The notes under the pieces were generated by a model that worked only from the letters and a program-made list of their open reading frames with translations, searched no databases and was not told the DNA's origin. This document shows, one piece after another, positions 1 to 12,308 of a stretch of 64,000 nt of DNA (position 1 is the stretch's first letter; every line of letters starts with the position of its first letter). Origin of the DNA: Zygnema circumcarinatum SAG 698-1b (taxonomy: Eukaryota; Plantae; Zygnematophyceae). A program made the position numbers and the translations under genes. The stretch is taken from contig CM074812.1 of assembly GCA_037447605.1 (NCBI GenBank), positions 1,612,001-1,676,000 on the forward strand, in the 5' to 3' direction.

Positions 1-204
1 CTGCCCGGAGAAAACGTACACTACATTCAGAAAACGTACACTGTAAATAGTCGCCCCCCTAGCCCTAACCCTAATCTTAGCCCTAACCCTAACCCTACTA
101 CTACAGGGTGGAAATTCATTGAAGGTAACATGTAACGCGTGACCCTATCAGAGCTTCCCTCGTGGACGAAATGCTTACTTGGCAAAACTCAAGTTTGTTG
201 AACC

Positions 205-560
205 GTGGGATCGGCAACCATTGGACAACGATTGGATGGCTAAAAACCGAATCAGTCGAATGGTTGCCAACCATTGGACCCAATTGTTTTGAACCATTCG
301 AATGGTTGGCTCGCATTGGATCGGTACCATCGGACCCAATGGTTCCCAACCATTGAATTCAAGGTTATCAACGGTTGGAAATCCACCAAAATACACATAC
401 GACCCAATCTTGAACCCGCCAATGGTTCCGGACCAATTTGAATGGTTGGCAACCATTCGATCCAATGTTGCCAATCATTGGATTCAACGGTTCCGAAGCA
501 TTCGAATGGTTGGTTTCGGTCCTGCGCCAATGGTTGGCAACCATTCAAACAGTTGATCCG
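205..560. repeat. Degenerate array of the AATGGTTG(G/C)CAACCATT palindrome family
   Basis: Repeated GAATGGTTGCCAACCATTGG / AATGGTTGGCAACCATT variants, same family as 42022-43030. Confidence 0.8.
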
Positions 561-2091
561 ATGGTCTGACGACCTGTGCAATCTTGCATTCGCCGACGCC
601 GTGGCCCAATGTTGGCCAAATTGGCAAACATGTATGAAAAAGGTGTAAAAACCCTAAAACCCCACAACCTTTAAAACCCTAAAACCCTAAAAAAGTCATT
701 TTTCAGTGGTAGTCAATGGCTATGACTTTCCCTTCCGCGTTAGTCGACTAATGGCTACAACTTCCCTTCGAGATTCCTATTAGTCACAGTTAGCCAACTT
801 CCGCAAGTACATTTGGGAGTCCCTTTCCATGTGAAAAAATGAGTGACAGTTCCATGGCCTGCGAGCATTTCGTAAACGGGCATCACATGGAAACCCAAAC
901 CCAGAGTCCAATTTGCGGATCCACCAGAAAAGTAGATCCAACAGAACAATGGTTCCCGCGGACCAAGAACTGTTTACGGACCACCGACGTGATCGGACGG
1001 TACAGAATTGCTCAAATTATCTTAAACCTTAACAAAACGACAAAGACCATGGATTCCATTGACCGTACGGTAGATCTTAGAAAAAGTTGATCCATTTCTG
1101 TTCGGCTGCCACATGGCGAGCATACAGAGAGTGAACAAGTCGTGACAAAATCAGAAGGCGACAATTGTCCAATGCAGTGGCACTCTGCGATTGCGCCACG
1201 TGGCAATTTGTTGGCAAAAAATATCTAGGTCAAAAATTTTACAGCCGACAAAATGTTTTTTTGAGGGTCGTCCTCCAATTCTTCAACGAATGATGGGCCA
1301 TTTGTGAACTGAAACGTGTCCAATATGTCACGTGGCATAACACCATTTGAAGAAGAATGAAATTATTTTTTTAATAAGGGAGAAATGTCGCGAAAGTTTA
1401 TGGCTACAAAAACAAGAGCACAAAATGGAGAGATATATTTGGAAATTTTAAGGTCAGCTGGTTCGGGAAATTTTCCAAAAAAAGAGATCTCGCACGTGCG
1501 ACAGTCCGAGTACATTGGAGACACAAATCTGAAAAAAATATGATGAGCCTGGAATCCGTACAGAAACCATACAACCACTCGTAGACTAATAAGAGGGAAA
1601 AGAAGCAAGGGGGCTTGCTCAAATGTACGGCTTATGTACAAAAAGCGTACAATTCCTGTTAGCTGACAAGTCGACGGAGACCCAAAAGCTGGTGAGCTCC
1701 ACGCTCTTCGCAGTGTAGGGGCTGATTTCTTGAGAGGCTCTCTTCCACTGCCCCTCCCTCCCCCTTCCACTCCCACTCCCGGTCTTCCTCACTTTCTCCC
1801 TCCCTCTCCCTCCCTCTCTCCCTCTCTCCCTCTCCCATTCCTTCTCCCTCTCCCTCTCTCTCTCTTCCCTCCCTCTCTTCCTCCTTTCCTCTCTCTACCC
1901 ACTTTCCCTGCTCTTTTTTTCTCCCTTCAACTTCTTCTACACCCCTCTCTCCCACTCTCTCTCTTTCCCTGCCTCTCTCTGTCCCAACCTCTCTCCTCGT
2001 CTCTCTCTCGCTTTATATCTCTCTCTTTTTCTTCCTCTCTCTCTCTCCCTCTCTCCCTCTCTCTCCCCATTCCTCTCTCTCTCTCACGGCA

Positions 2092-4293
2092 ATGTTGCCG
2101 CGAGCAGCGAACTCCTCTCCGCCAACCATGGGGACGTCCGATGACGTCAGCGGTCACCCGCCGCCCTCAACACCCATCACAATCGCGCCAGCTGTCGGCG
2201 CGAGGCGCTCCCCCACGGAGGTGATGCCGTCAGCTGAGGAGGGCCCTAAATCGCCCCTCTCCAACGGCCTCGAGAAGATGAAGAAAGTCAAAGTGAAGCA
2301 GCTGCAGGTGAGAGGGAGGGAGGGAGGGAGGGAGGGAGGGAGGGAGGGAGAGAGGGGAGGGAGGGAGGGAGGAAGGGAGAGGAGAGAGGGAGAGCGGGGG
2401 CAAGGAGGGAGAGAGGAGGGAGGGAAGGAGGGAGGGAGAGGAGAGAGGGAGAGCGGGGGCAAGGAGGGAGAGNNNNNNNNNNTGGGGGGGGGGGGGTGTT
2501 GAATATGATATACAGAGATATATGTATATATTTATTGATGTTTTTTTTTCCTATTTTTTGTTTCACCTGCATTTTTAGCATTTAGTACAGTGGAGAAACG
2601 CATGAGCGTATTTTTTATAATTTTTATGGTTTCCGGGTCTGTATAGATGCCTGCTTCCTTGAGAAGTCTCGACGAAAGGGGGAGAGGAAGAATGAAGACA
2701 GACAGATAGGAGGGGATAGGGGAGGAGTGACAGTGACGTAGAAGGAGAGGGAAAGTAGAAAGGGAGGGAGAGACTGTGAGAGAGACGCGTGTGAGGGTGG
2801 GCGATAGGTAAACGGACAAAGAGAGGCAGAGGCAGAGGATGGAAGTGAGGTAGAGGTAGGAGGGAAAGAGAGAGCATGGGAAGGAGATGAGAGGAGAGCT
2901 GGGTGGGAGTGAGAGAGCGATCGAGAGGGGGCAAGTCGAAGGTTGGAAAAGGAACATCGGAGGGAGGAAGAGGAGATAAAACGAGCGAGAGAGAGAGAGA
3001 GAGAGATAGAGAGAGAGGGGGAGACGAAGAGTGAACGCCTCCCTCTGGCAATTATAACAGCTCAACGGGTTTTCGCATGGAACAGGCGAGTCAGTTACCG
3101 GAGCGCGAAGCTGATGAAGCACGCGAAAAGGCGAAGGCAAAGGCAGAGGTGCGCTCTCTTTAAAGGATCGAAAACCAATTCCAAGTTTTTGTGTTATGGG
3201 AAATCTGAGGTTTACGGCTTCGCAGTATTGAAGGGTCCTAGAGCTGGCTGGGTTTCTGGATTTTTCAGTTGCTAAAAAATTGGCTTGTGAAACACACAAA
3301 CTCTTTCTCTCACTCTCCCCTCTCTCCCCTCCATCCCCTTCTCACCCACTCCTCCCGTCTCCTCACTCCCCTCTTTCCTCTCCCCTCTCCCCTCTCCCTT
3401 CTCGCTTCTCCCCCCTCTCCCCTCTCCCCTCTCCCCTCTCCCCTCTCCCCTCCCTCTCCCANNNNNNNNNNCCTCTCTCCCCCTCTCTCCCCCTCTCTCC
3501 CCTGTCCCATCTCTCCTCATCTCCCTTCTCCCTCTCCCCTCCCTCTGCAGATTGTGGACTTCCAAAAGTATTGGGACAGTCTCGACCGCTCCATTGGGAC
3601 CACTCCCTCCCCGCGGCCGAGACATTTGGAGTCTGTCAAAAGTTCTGAACTTTTGGACACTCTCATGTCGCCCAGAGTGGATTCCGCAAGGTCTGCCCGG
3701 AAAAAATAAGACATTAAAATATGAAAAAAGTAAAATAGTAAAGCATGGAACTTAATAAACGTGAAGCTTGAAAGCAGCTAAAAATTGTGAAAAAAATTCC
3801 ACAGTAAGAGGTTCTAAGTTGGAAAAACCCGGGCTTGGATGAATGGTTGGAATGTTGGGTTTTCTTTTTCTTTGATTATAGGGAAGAATTGGATTAATTG
3901 GTAACCAGAAATTTGACGGTTTTAGGGGGGGGATATGTTTGTTATTATTTTTTTTGGGTCCGTATCAGATCGAGCATGCCGTCACCGAGGCACCCAACAC
4001 CAAGGTGGGCTTGATAGTGGTTGCGAGGTGGGAGGGGGAGGGAGGGAGGGACGGTGGGGAGGGAGGGAGCGGGAGGAGGGGAGGAGAGAGGGAAGAAGGG
4101 GAGGAAGGGAAGAGTGAGAGAGAGAGAGGGCCGGGAGGGACAAGTGGGATGGTCGTGGCTACCGTTGATTACTTCTGTGCGCTTTTTACATCTCCCTCTC
4201 CCTCCCCTCTTTCTCTCACTCCCCCCTCTCTCTCCCTTTCCCCTTGCCCTCTATCTCACACTTCCTCCCTCTTTATCCCTCCCTCTCTCTTTC

Positions 4294-4335
<42 letters not shown>

Positions 4336-5226
4336 TCTCCCTCTCTCCCTCTCTTCCTCTCTTCCTCTCTCCCTCTCTCCCTCTCTCCCTCTCTNNNNNN
4401 NNNNCCTCTCTCCCCCTCTCTCCCCCTCTCTCCCCTGTCCCATCTCTCCTCATCTCCCTTCTCCCTCTCCCCTCCCTCTGCAGATTGTGGACTTCCAAAA
4501 GTATTGGGACAGTCTCGACCGCTCCATTGGGACCACTCCCTCCCCGCGGCCGAGACATTTGGAGTCTGTCAAAAGTTCTGAACTTTTGGACACTCTCATG
4601 TCGCCCAGAGTGGATTCCGCAAGGTCTGCCCGGAAAAAATAAGACATTAAAATATGAAAAAAGTAAAATAGTAAAGCATGGAACTTAATAAACGTGAAGC
4701 TTGAAAGCAGCTAAAAATTGTGAAAAAAATTCCACAGTAAGAGGTTCTAAGTTGGAAAAACCCGGGCTTGGATGAATGGTTGGAATGTTGGGTTTTCTTT
4801 TTCTTTGATTATAGGGAAGAATTGGATTAATTGGTAACCAGAAATTTGACGGTTTTAGGGGGGGGATATGTTTGTTATTATTTTTTTTGGGTCCGTATCA
4901 GATCGAGCATGCCGTCACCGAGGCACCCAACACCAAGGTGGGCTTGATAGTGGTTGCGAGGTGGGAGGGGGAGGGAGGGAGGGACGGTGGGGAGGGAGGG
5001 AGCGGGAGGAGGGGAGGAGAGAGGGAAGAAGGGGAGGAAGGGAAGAGTGAGAGAGAGAGAGGGCCGGGAGGGACAAGTGGGATGGTCGTGGCTACCGTTG
5101 ATTACTTCTGTGCGCTTTTTACATCTCCCTCTCCCTCCCCTCTTTCTCTCACTCCCCCCTCTCTCTCCCTTTCCCCTTGCCCTCTATCTCACACTTCCTC
5201 CCTCTTTATCCCTCCCTCTCTCTTTC

Positions 5227-5268
<42 letters not shown>

Positions 5269-5396
5269 TCTCCCTCTCTCCCTCTCTTCCTCTCTTCCTC
5301 TCTCCCTCTCTCCCTCTCTCCCTCNNNNNNNNNNCTCCCTCCCTCCGTCCCTCCCTCCCTCCCTCCCTCTCCCTCCCTCCCTCCCTCTCTCTCTCC

Positions 5397-5429
<33 letters not shown>

Positions 5430-5815
5430 CCTCCCTCGCAGTGTGAGGTCTACAGCTACCACTCCCCGCAGCGGGGCGGGGCGGGACCTTTCCGTGAATC
5501 CGATGTTTTTGGAGGCGTGGGAGAACCTGCGGAAGGCGCTCGTCTACTTCCGCGGGGACGCAGTGGGGACCATCGCAGCGCTCGATTCCGGGGACGAAAA
5601 TGTTCTAAATTATAATCAGGCGAGTTTAATTTGCATATAGATGTGGAGTGTGGAATTGAGAGTTTACTTTTAGCTTTAGAACTAGCCTCATTTTGTTAAA
5701 ATCCGTTTAGTTTAGCTGAAGAGAGGGGAGGAGGGAGTGGGAGTGGGGTTGGGGGTGGGAGAGAGAGGGAACAGAGAGATAGAGAGGGAACAGAGAGAAA
5801 GAGAGAGAAAGACAA

Positions 5816-5852
<37 letters not shown>

Positions 5853-8800
5853 GAGAGAGAGAGAAAAAGAGAGAGAAAGAGAGAGGGGGGGAGGAGGAGG
5901 GAAGGAAGGGTTTAGGGAACCTGCAGAAAACATGGTCACAATATTTTGGTTTTCGGGCTGTTGCAGGTTTTTATCCGAGATTTTGTTCCGAGTGGATTAT
6001 GTTTTCTTATGAATGGCGAACCGCAAATTGTTAAGAACTTTTTGCTCAAAACTTTAAGGCTGCAGGTGAGCAGTTTTTTCCTTGACTTTAACAAAAGTTT
6101 GAAAGTTTTTTGTACTGTCAATGGAGGAAAATAAATCAGTGTTTAGGGTTGAGGGTTGAGGGTTGAGGGTTCAGCGTTCAGAGTTCAGGGTTCAGGGTTC
6201 AGGGTTTAAGGTTGAGAGTTCAAGGTTGAGGGTTCTGGGTTAAGGGTTTAAGGTTGAGGGTTCAAGGTTGATGGTTCTGGGTTAAGGGTTTAAGGTTGAG
6301 GGTTCGAGGTTTGAGGGTTGAGGGTTTCTGGGTTCAGGGTTGCTCAGGGTTCAGGGTTGCTCAGAGTTCAGGGTTCAGGGTTCAAGCTTGAGGGTTGAGG
6401 GTTCAGGGTTCAGGGTTCAGGGGTCAGGGTTGATGTTTCAGGGTTCCGGGTTCAGGGTTCAAGGTTCAGGGTTGCTCAGGGTTGTTCAGGGTTCAGCGTT
6501 GTTCAGGGTTGCTCAGGGTTCAGGGGTCAGGGTTCAGGGTTTAGGGGTCAGGGTTGACGGTTGAGGGTTCCGGGTTCAGGGTTCAAGGTTCAGGGTTGCT
6601 CAGGGTTGTTCAGGGTTCAGGGTTGCTCAGGGCTCAGGGTTCAAGGTTGAGGGTTCAGGGTTGAGGGTTTAAGGTTCAGAGTTCGAGGTTGAGGGTGCAG
6701 GGTTGATCAGGGTTCAGAGTTGTTGAGGGTAATTGAGGGTTGAGGGTTGTCGCGGGGGGTTGGTGGGCGGGTTGGTGCGTGCAGGCGTGGGAGAAGCGCG
6801 TGGACGTGTTCACACTGGGCGAGGGCGTGATGCCCGCGAGCTTCAAGGTCCTGCGCGACGACCTGCGCGGGACCGACACCATGATCGCGGACTTCGGGGA
6901 GAGCGCCATCGGCCGGGTCGCGCCGGTGGACTCGGGCTTCTGGTGGATCATCCTGCTGCGCGCCTACGTCAAGTCCACAGGTGCGGGATTCGCGGGGGAT
7001 CAAGATCAACCGAGGGGGGTCAGGATCGCTCGGATTCCTGCAAGCCTGTAGCCAGAGTCTGTGATTAGGGTTGGTCAATGGTCAACGGTCAATGGCCGGG
7101 TGGGTGGGTGCAGGCGACCAGGCGTTGGCGGAGTCCCCGGACGTGCAGCGCGGCATCCGGCTGATCCTGCAGCTCTGCCTCGCGGACGGCTTCGACACCT
7201 TCCCGACGCTGCTCTGCGCGGACGGGTGCTGCATGATCGACCGCCGCATGGTGCGCCAGCGCCTCCATGCCGCGCAGTTCCGTTGCAGTTCCGTTGCATG
7301 CCACGCCGCGCCGTTGCGTCCCGTCCCGAGCCGTTGTTTCTTTCCTTGGCGCTGTCAAGGTCAGCGTCGTACGGTACGATAGAGTCCCGTTGGCAGTTTG
7401 GGCGTGAAACTGAGGGGTGCATGGAACGGGCGCAGGGCATCTACGGGTACCCCATAGAGATCCAGTCGCTGTTCTACATGGCCCTCCGCATCGCGCGGCT
7501 CCTGTTGAAGCCGGAGCACGGCGGGAAGGAGCTGCTGGAACGCATAGATAAGCGCCTGCTCGCGCTCACTTTTCACATGCGCGAATACTTCTGGTCAGTT
7601 CCGTTCTCCGTTCAGTTCTCCATTCAGTTCTCCGTTCAGTTCTCCGTTCAGTTCTCCGCTCCGTCCCTTCATTTCGTGCAGCCCAATGTGAACTTTTACA
7701 GCTGAAGGGCTTTAGAAATTGAAAGTTGACCTTACCTGGAAGTTGATTTGAAGTGGAATGGAGGATTTTTGAGCAGGCTAGATCACGATCAGCTGAACAA
7801 CATTTACCGGTATCGGACGGAGGAGTATTCGCACACGGCTGTGAACAAGTTCAATGTGATTCCCGAGTCGATTCCCGATTGGGTGTTTGACTTCCTGCCG
7901 CTCAAAGGAGGCTACTTCATAGGGAACGTCAGCCCTGCGCGGCTAGACTTCAGGTGATGATGCAGCGCGAGCTTTACATCATTTGGAATGATGATGTTGC
8001 GGATGCGCGTCCCTTTTCAATGTGGATAGGTGCAGCGGGGAGAGGAAGGAAAGAGAGAGAGATAGAGGGGAACTATGGAAGGGGTAGCAGAAGAAGGCAA
8101 GGGAGGAGAGGGAGGGAGGAAGGCTGAGAGAGGGAGGGAAGTGGAGGGGAGGGGAGGGGAAGAGGAATGCTTAGAGGAGTTGAGACGGAGGGGGCGAAAA
8201 GTCGACCAAGTGAGAGGCAGAAAAGCGATGTTTCTCCCTCTCGTCTATTCTCTTATCTGCTCTTCCCTCCCCTCCTTCCCCTCTCCCCCTCCCCCTCCCC
8301 CTCCCNNNNNNNNNNGAGAGAGAGAGAGAGAGGGAAAGGGGGGGGAGGGGGGAGGCGGGGAAGGGAAAGGGGAAAGAGGGAGGGAGGGAAAGTGGGAGGG
8401 GGAGGAGGAGGGGGGTGTGTGGAGAGGGGAGGGGAAGAGAAAGAGAAGGAGGAGGAAGGGGAGGGGGGAACGAGGAAGGGGAGGAGGCGGGGAAGGAAGA
8501 GAGGAAAGAGGGAGGTGGGGAAAGTGAGAGGGGGAGGAGGAGGGGGGAGGAGGAGGGGGGAGGAGGAAAGAGTGGGGGATGACGAAAGGGGAAGGGGCAG
8601 GAAGCGGGGTGTGGAGGGGGAAGGGACGCAGGAAAGAGAGGTAAGAGGGAAGGGGAAGGCGACAGAGAGGGGAAGAGGTGGAGAAGGAAGGAGGGTGGAG
8701 AGTGGAGCCGAGAGGAGGGGAAAAGCGAGAGGGAGGGGGGGGGGGGTTGGGAGGAGATAGAAAGAAGAGGATACATAGAGGAGAGATAGGATACAAGGGA

Positions 8801-9607
8801 GGAAGAGAGGAAGAAGGAGAGGGAAATGAGATAAAGGAAAAAGGTGGGTTGTGGGAGGGGTGAAGAGATGGTGCAGAGGGGGCAAGGAAGATTGGGAAAG
8901 CGAGAGGAAGGAGAGTTTGCACGTGGGAGGGAGCAGAGAGAGAGAGACAGGTCGGAAGGAAATGGGCAATGTTCGAAAACGACAATGCAGATTCATGGCA
9001 CCAACTTCTTAACATCGTCGAAACATTTGAAAACCGAAGCTTTCCCAAATTTTCAAATCCTCAAATATCACAAACCCCAAATCCTAAAACCTCATTGCTG
9101 AATCCTAACATTCTCCCTCTTCTCTTCTCTTCTCTTTCTCTCCCCCTCCCCTTTCTCTTTCTCTCTCTCTCCCTCGTTTCAAACTCTTTCCTCTCGCCCT
9201 CACTCTCACCTCCTCCCTCTCCATCTCTCCCCCTCCCTCCCTCCCCTCTCTACCTCCCCTCCCTCCCTCCCTCCCCTCTCTCCCTCCCCCCCTCTCTCTC
9301 TCCCGCAGTCCTCCTTTGGCTTTTCACTGCCGCCTGCTGCAAAGTGGGCCGCCCCCACACTGCCCGCAGAGCGATCGAGGTCGCCGAGCGGCGGCTCGCT
9401 AAGGACGGATGGCCCGAATACTACGACGGGAAGCAGGGCCGCCTAATTGGAAAGCAGGCGAGAAAATTACAAACCTGGTCCTTTGCGGGCTACTTGGTGG
9501 CGAAAATGATGCTGGAGGACCCCTCCCACCTCACTATGATAGCACTGGAGGAGGAGAAGAAGCTGCAAAAGCCGGCGATTACTCGCTCCTCTTCCTGGAA
9601 GTACTGA
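2092..9607 (+). CDS. CINV: Alkaline/neutral invertase (GH100, cytosolic type), multi-exon; internal coding sequence missing at a gap
   Basis: Exons 2092-2307, 3551-3690, 3969-4004, 5442-5619, 5967-6065, 6785-6980, 7114-7250, 7436-7593, 7777-7953, [missing], 9309-9607 join in frame with GT(GC)-AG borders. They encode GH100 motifs [45 protein letters not shown]-like [25 protein letters not shown] and [17 protein letters not shown]. The WFALGN...HNGGSWP segment is absent (gap 8306-8315). Exons 2-3 are repeated at 4484-4937. Confidence 0.95.
6145..6745 (+). repeat. Telomere-like heptamer array (TTGAGGG/TTCAGGG/TTTAAGG) in an invertase intron
   Basis: About 600 bp of 7-bp periodicity, read directly. 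Confidence 0.9.
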
Positions 9608-10449
9608 TGGAATTAGACGGAATGTGGGGGGAAATTGTACTGAATTCGGGTGTCGGAGTGTGGAGTTTGGGGTTTGGAGAGGCGGAGGTGGGGAAAAGTG
9701 GAAGGGGTTCGGAGTTGGGGATTCGGGATTCGGAAGAACGCGGAAATGGGATGTGGGGATTCGGAATTCGGAGTCCGGGAGGTGGAAGAATTCGGAATTG
9801 GGGGATTCAGAGTGTAAGGTAGGTCTTTAAGTTTATTACGGCGAAATAGGCTTTTTTAAAAGGGTGAGAGAAAGTGAGAGTTTGGGAGACCGAGCGAGGG
9901 GAGGGAGAGAAAAAGAGAGAGAAAGAGAGCAGAGGGAGGGAGAAAAGAGAGAGAGAGAGGAGAGGGAGGAATGATCCAATTTGTTCTGTTCCATGTGGGA
10001 GATTTGTAAATCAGTATGCTTAGCAGATGGGAGGATATGTTCATATTTTCTGGGCAATTTACTCCCCTTTTTTTTTGCTTTTATGACTAGGCTAATTGTG
10101 AAATTGACTTAGGTTTTTGGTGACAAGGACCATATTTCTATTTTGGCTTTAATGTATCGATAGTTTCTTGCAACGAAGCGAAACACAATCACATCGATGA
10201 ACGCATATTCAAATTTACAAATTTGGAACACAGCATTCAACCATCAGACACAGAATGAGGCCACTTCCAATCCAAAATTCGTTCCTTAAATATATCCATA
10301 TTTTTTTTGAGGAAATAAAGAACAAAATGTCCAGAATTCTGAGAGTTTCACATCCTGGAATAAACCCAACTTTTACTTCTTAGCCCCAAAAATCGACACC
10401 CCTCCCCCCCCTTTGGCTTTAGAGCGAGGGCTCTGAAGGGGGGGCTGCC

Positions 10450-12227
10450 TCAGAGCTCACTTTCGGGAAGAGGAGGGGTCGGTGGGACGGGCGGCTCGTC
10501 GTCACTGGGACACCCGAGAGAGAGGGAGAGGGAGAGCAAGAGGGAGGGGGGGAGGGAGAATAAGAGAAAAAGAGAATAAGGGGAGTGTGGTGGGGTGAGT
10601 TAAAAATGTTGAGCAATTCAATACTCATCTTCAACAAACCATTCATTCAAACAATTCATTCTAAAAAAAATTTAGGCCAAAGGTCTGCCGAGGAAGGCAG
10701 ACAAAGAGGGGGTGTCGATGCTCCTCCAGAGAAACTGAACTGGAAGAAAGTTGACGGATTCTCTAACAAGTGCGACATGGAAAGGGGTCGGAGGGCGAGT
10801 GCGTACTTTGGGCACGCTTTGGTGATGACGAAGCAAAACTCCTCCTCCACATCCCTGTTTAGGGCCAGCTGGCCGGTTCTCAGGGCGCGCGTTAACTGCA
10901 AGGGAGGGAGAGGGAGAGGGAGTGGAAGTGGGAGAGAGCACAATGTAAAATATAGGGCTTTTCTGTTTTTCTGTACTCACAAAGTGAAGCAAGGAACGAG
11001 GACTGATTAAACGCTTCAGTACTGGAGGGATAAGGAAAAGAATTAATCGCTCACCTCCTCCTCATAATCTTCTACTAACCTGCAATGAAAAAATACCGGA
11101 AAAATAAAAGAAGCAGTGTCCGATTTAATACTCGTAGTGCAAAGCATACATGTTAGATCCCAAAACTGCTATTGTCAGAGAGATGTTTAAGTATGAAGAA
11201 AGGCAAATGGAAAAGTTGGGGGAATGTGCATGCATCTGCAAGAGAGAGAGGGAGGGGGGCGAGGGGAGGGGGAGGGGGAGGGAAAGGGAGCGAGGAGGGA
11301 AGGAGAAATTGAGTGGTCAATGGAAAGAGGGAGAGAAAGAGAGAGAGAGAGAATGTCTACCTGTCGCACCATCTCATGAGTTCCTTTCCTTGAGTCTCTG
11401 CCACCATCTTTACTGCAGGGAGAAGTTCCCCACATAAAAAAAATTAGAAATGAACAAATCTGCAATAAGGACAACAGATAGAAAGGAGGCATGGGAGGGA
11501 CGAGAGCGAGAGAGAGGGAGGGAAAAAGAGAGAGCGAGAAAGGGAGAAAGAGAAGAACCAAACAAATAACGAGGAAGTACGAGAGCATAAAAGCAAAAAG
11601 AAAAAACTACTTCGTACTTCTCTCTGAAGTTTTGATCTTTGGGTTGTCTTTTGACCAACTCCTTTTTCCTTCGCCCTGCTCCTCAAGCATCCCAGCGCGA
11701 AGCACGAGTTACTCAGAGGGAGAGTGAGAGAGGGAGTGTGAGAAAGAGAGAGAAAGAGAGAGAGAGAGAGAGTAGGCAGCGAGAAAAACGAGTGGAAAAG
11801 GGGGGGAGAGAGTAAAACGAGTGGGCGAGAGTCAAAAAGAGTGGAAGGGGGAAGATAGAGGGAGAGAGAGAGAAAGAGAAGCAAGATGGAAAGGGGGAAG
11901 AGAGAGGTAGGGAAAGAGAAACGAGAGGGAAGGGGGGCAGGGAGAGAGAGAGAAGGAGAAACGAGAGGGACGAGGGGGAGCAATGAGAAACAAGATTCAG
12001 GAAAGGAGGGGGTGGAGGCGGGGGAGAGGTAGAGGGAGAGAGGGTGAAAGAGGAGGAGAAGATAAAAGGGAGGTGGGGAGGGAAGAGGGAAATGGAAGCT
12101 GACCACCAGGCTGTAGCCCTTCATGTTAACGCAGAGGCTGTCCAAAATCTCAAATGACCTCAGCTCACTCACTCTGTTCCGTTCAGCCCCCTCCACCGAG
12201 AAAGAGAGATTGAGAGAGAGAGGGAGA

Positions 12228-12308
<81 letters not shown>

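Noticed and set aside
3472-5324. Exact tandem duplication (3472-4394 and 4405-5324) containing invertase exons 2-3, a possible exon duplication
   Set aside because: The copies are identical and bounded by 10-N gaps, typical of an unmerged contig overlap. Including both copies (176 nt extra) would shift the frame.
7595-7660. 12-bp tandem repeat (TTCAGTTCTCCG) x4-5 in an invertase intron
   Set aside because: Ordinary short intronic minisatellite with no further signal.
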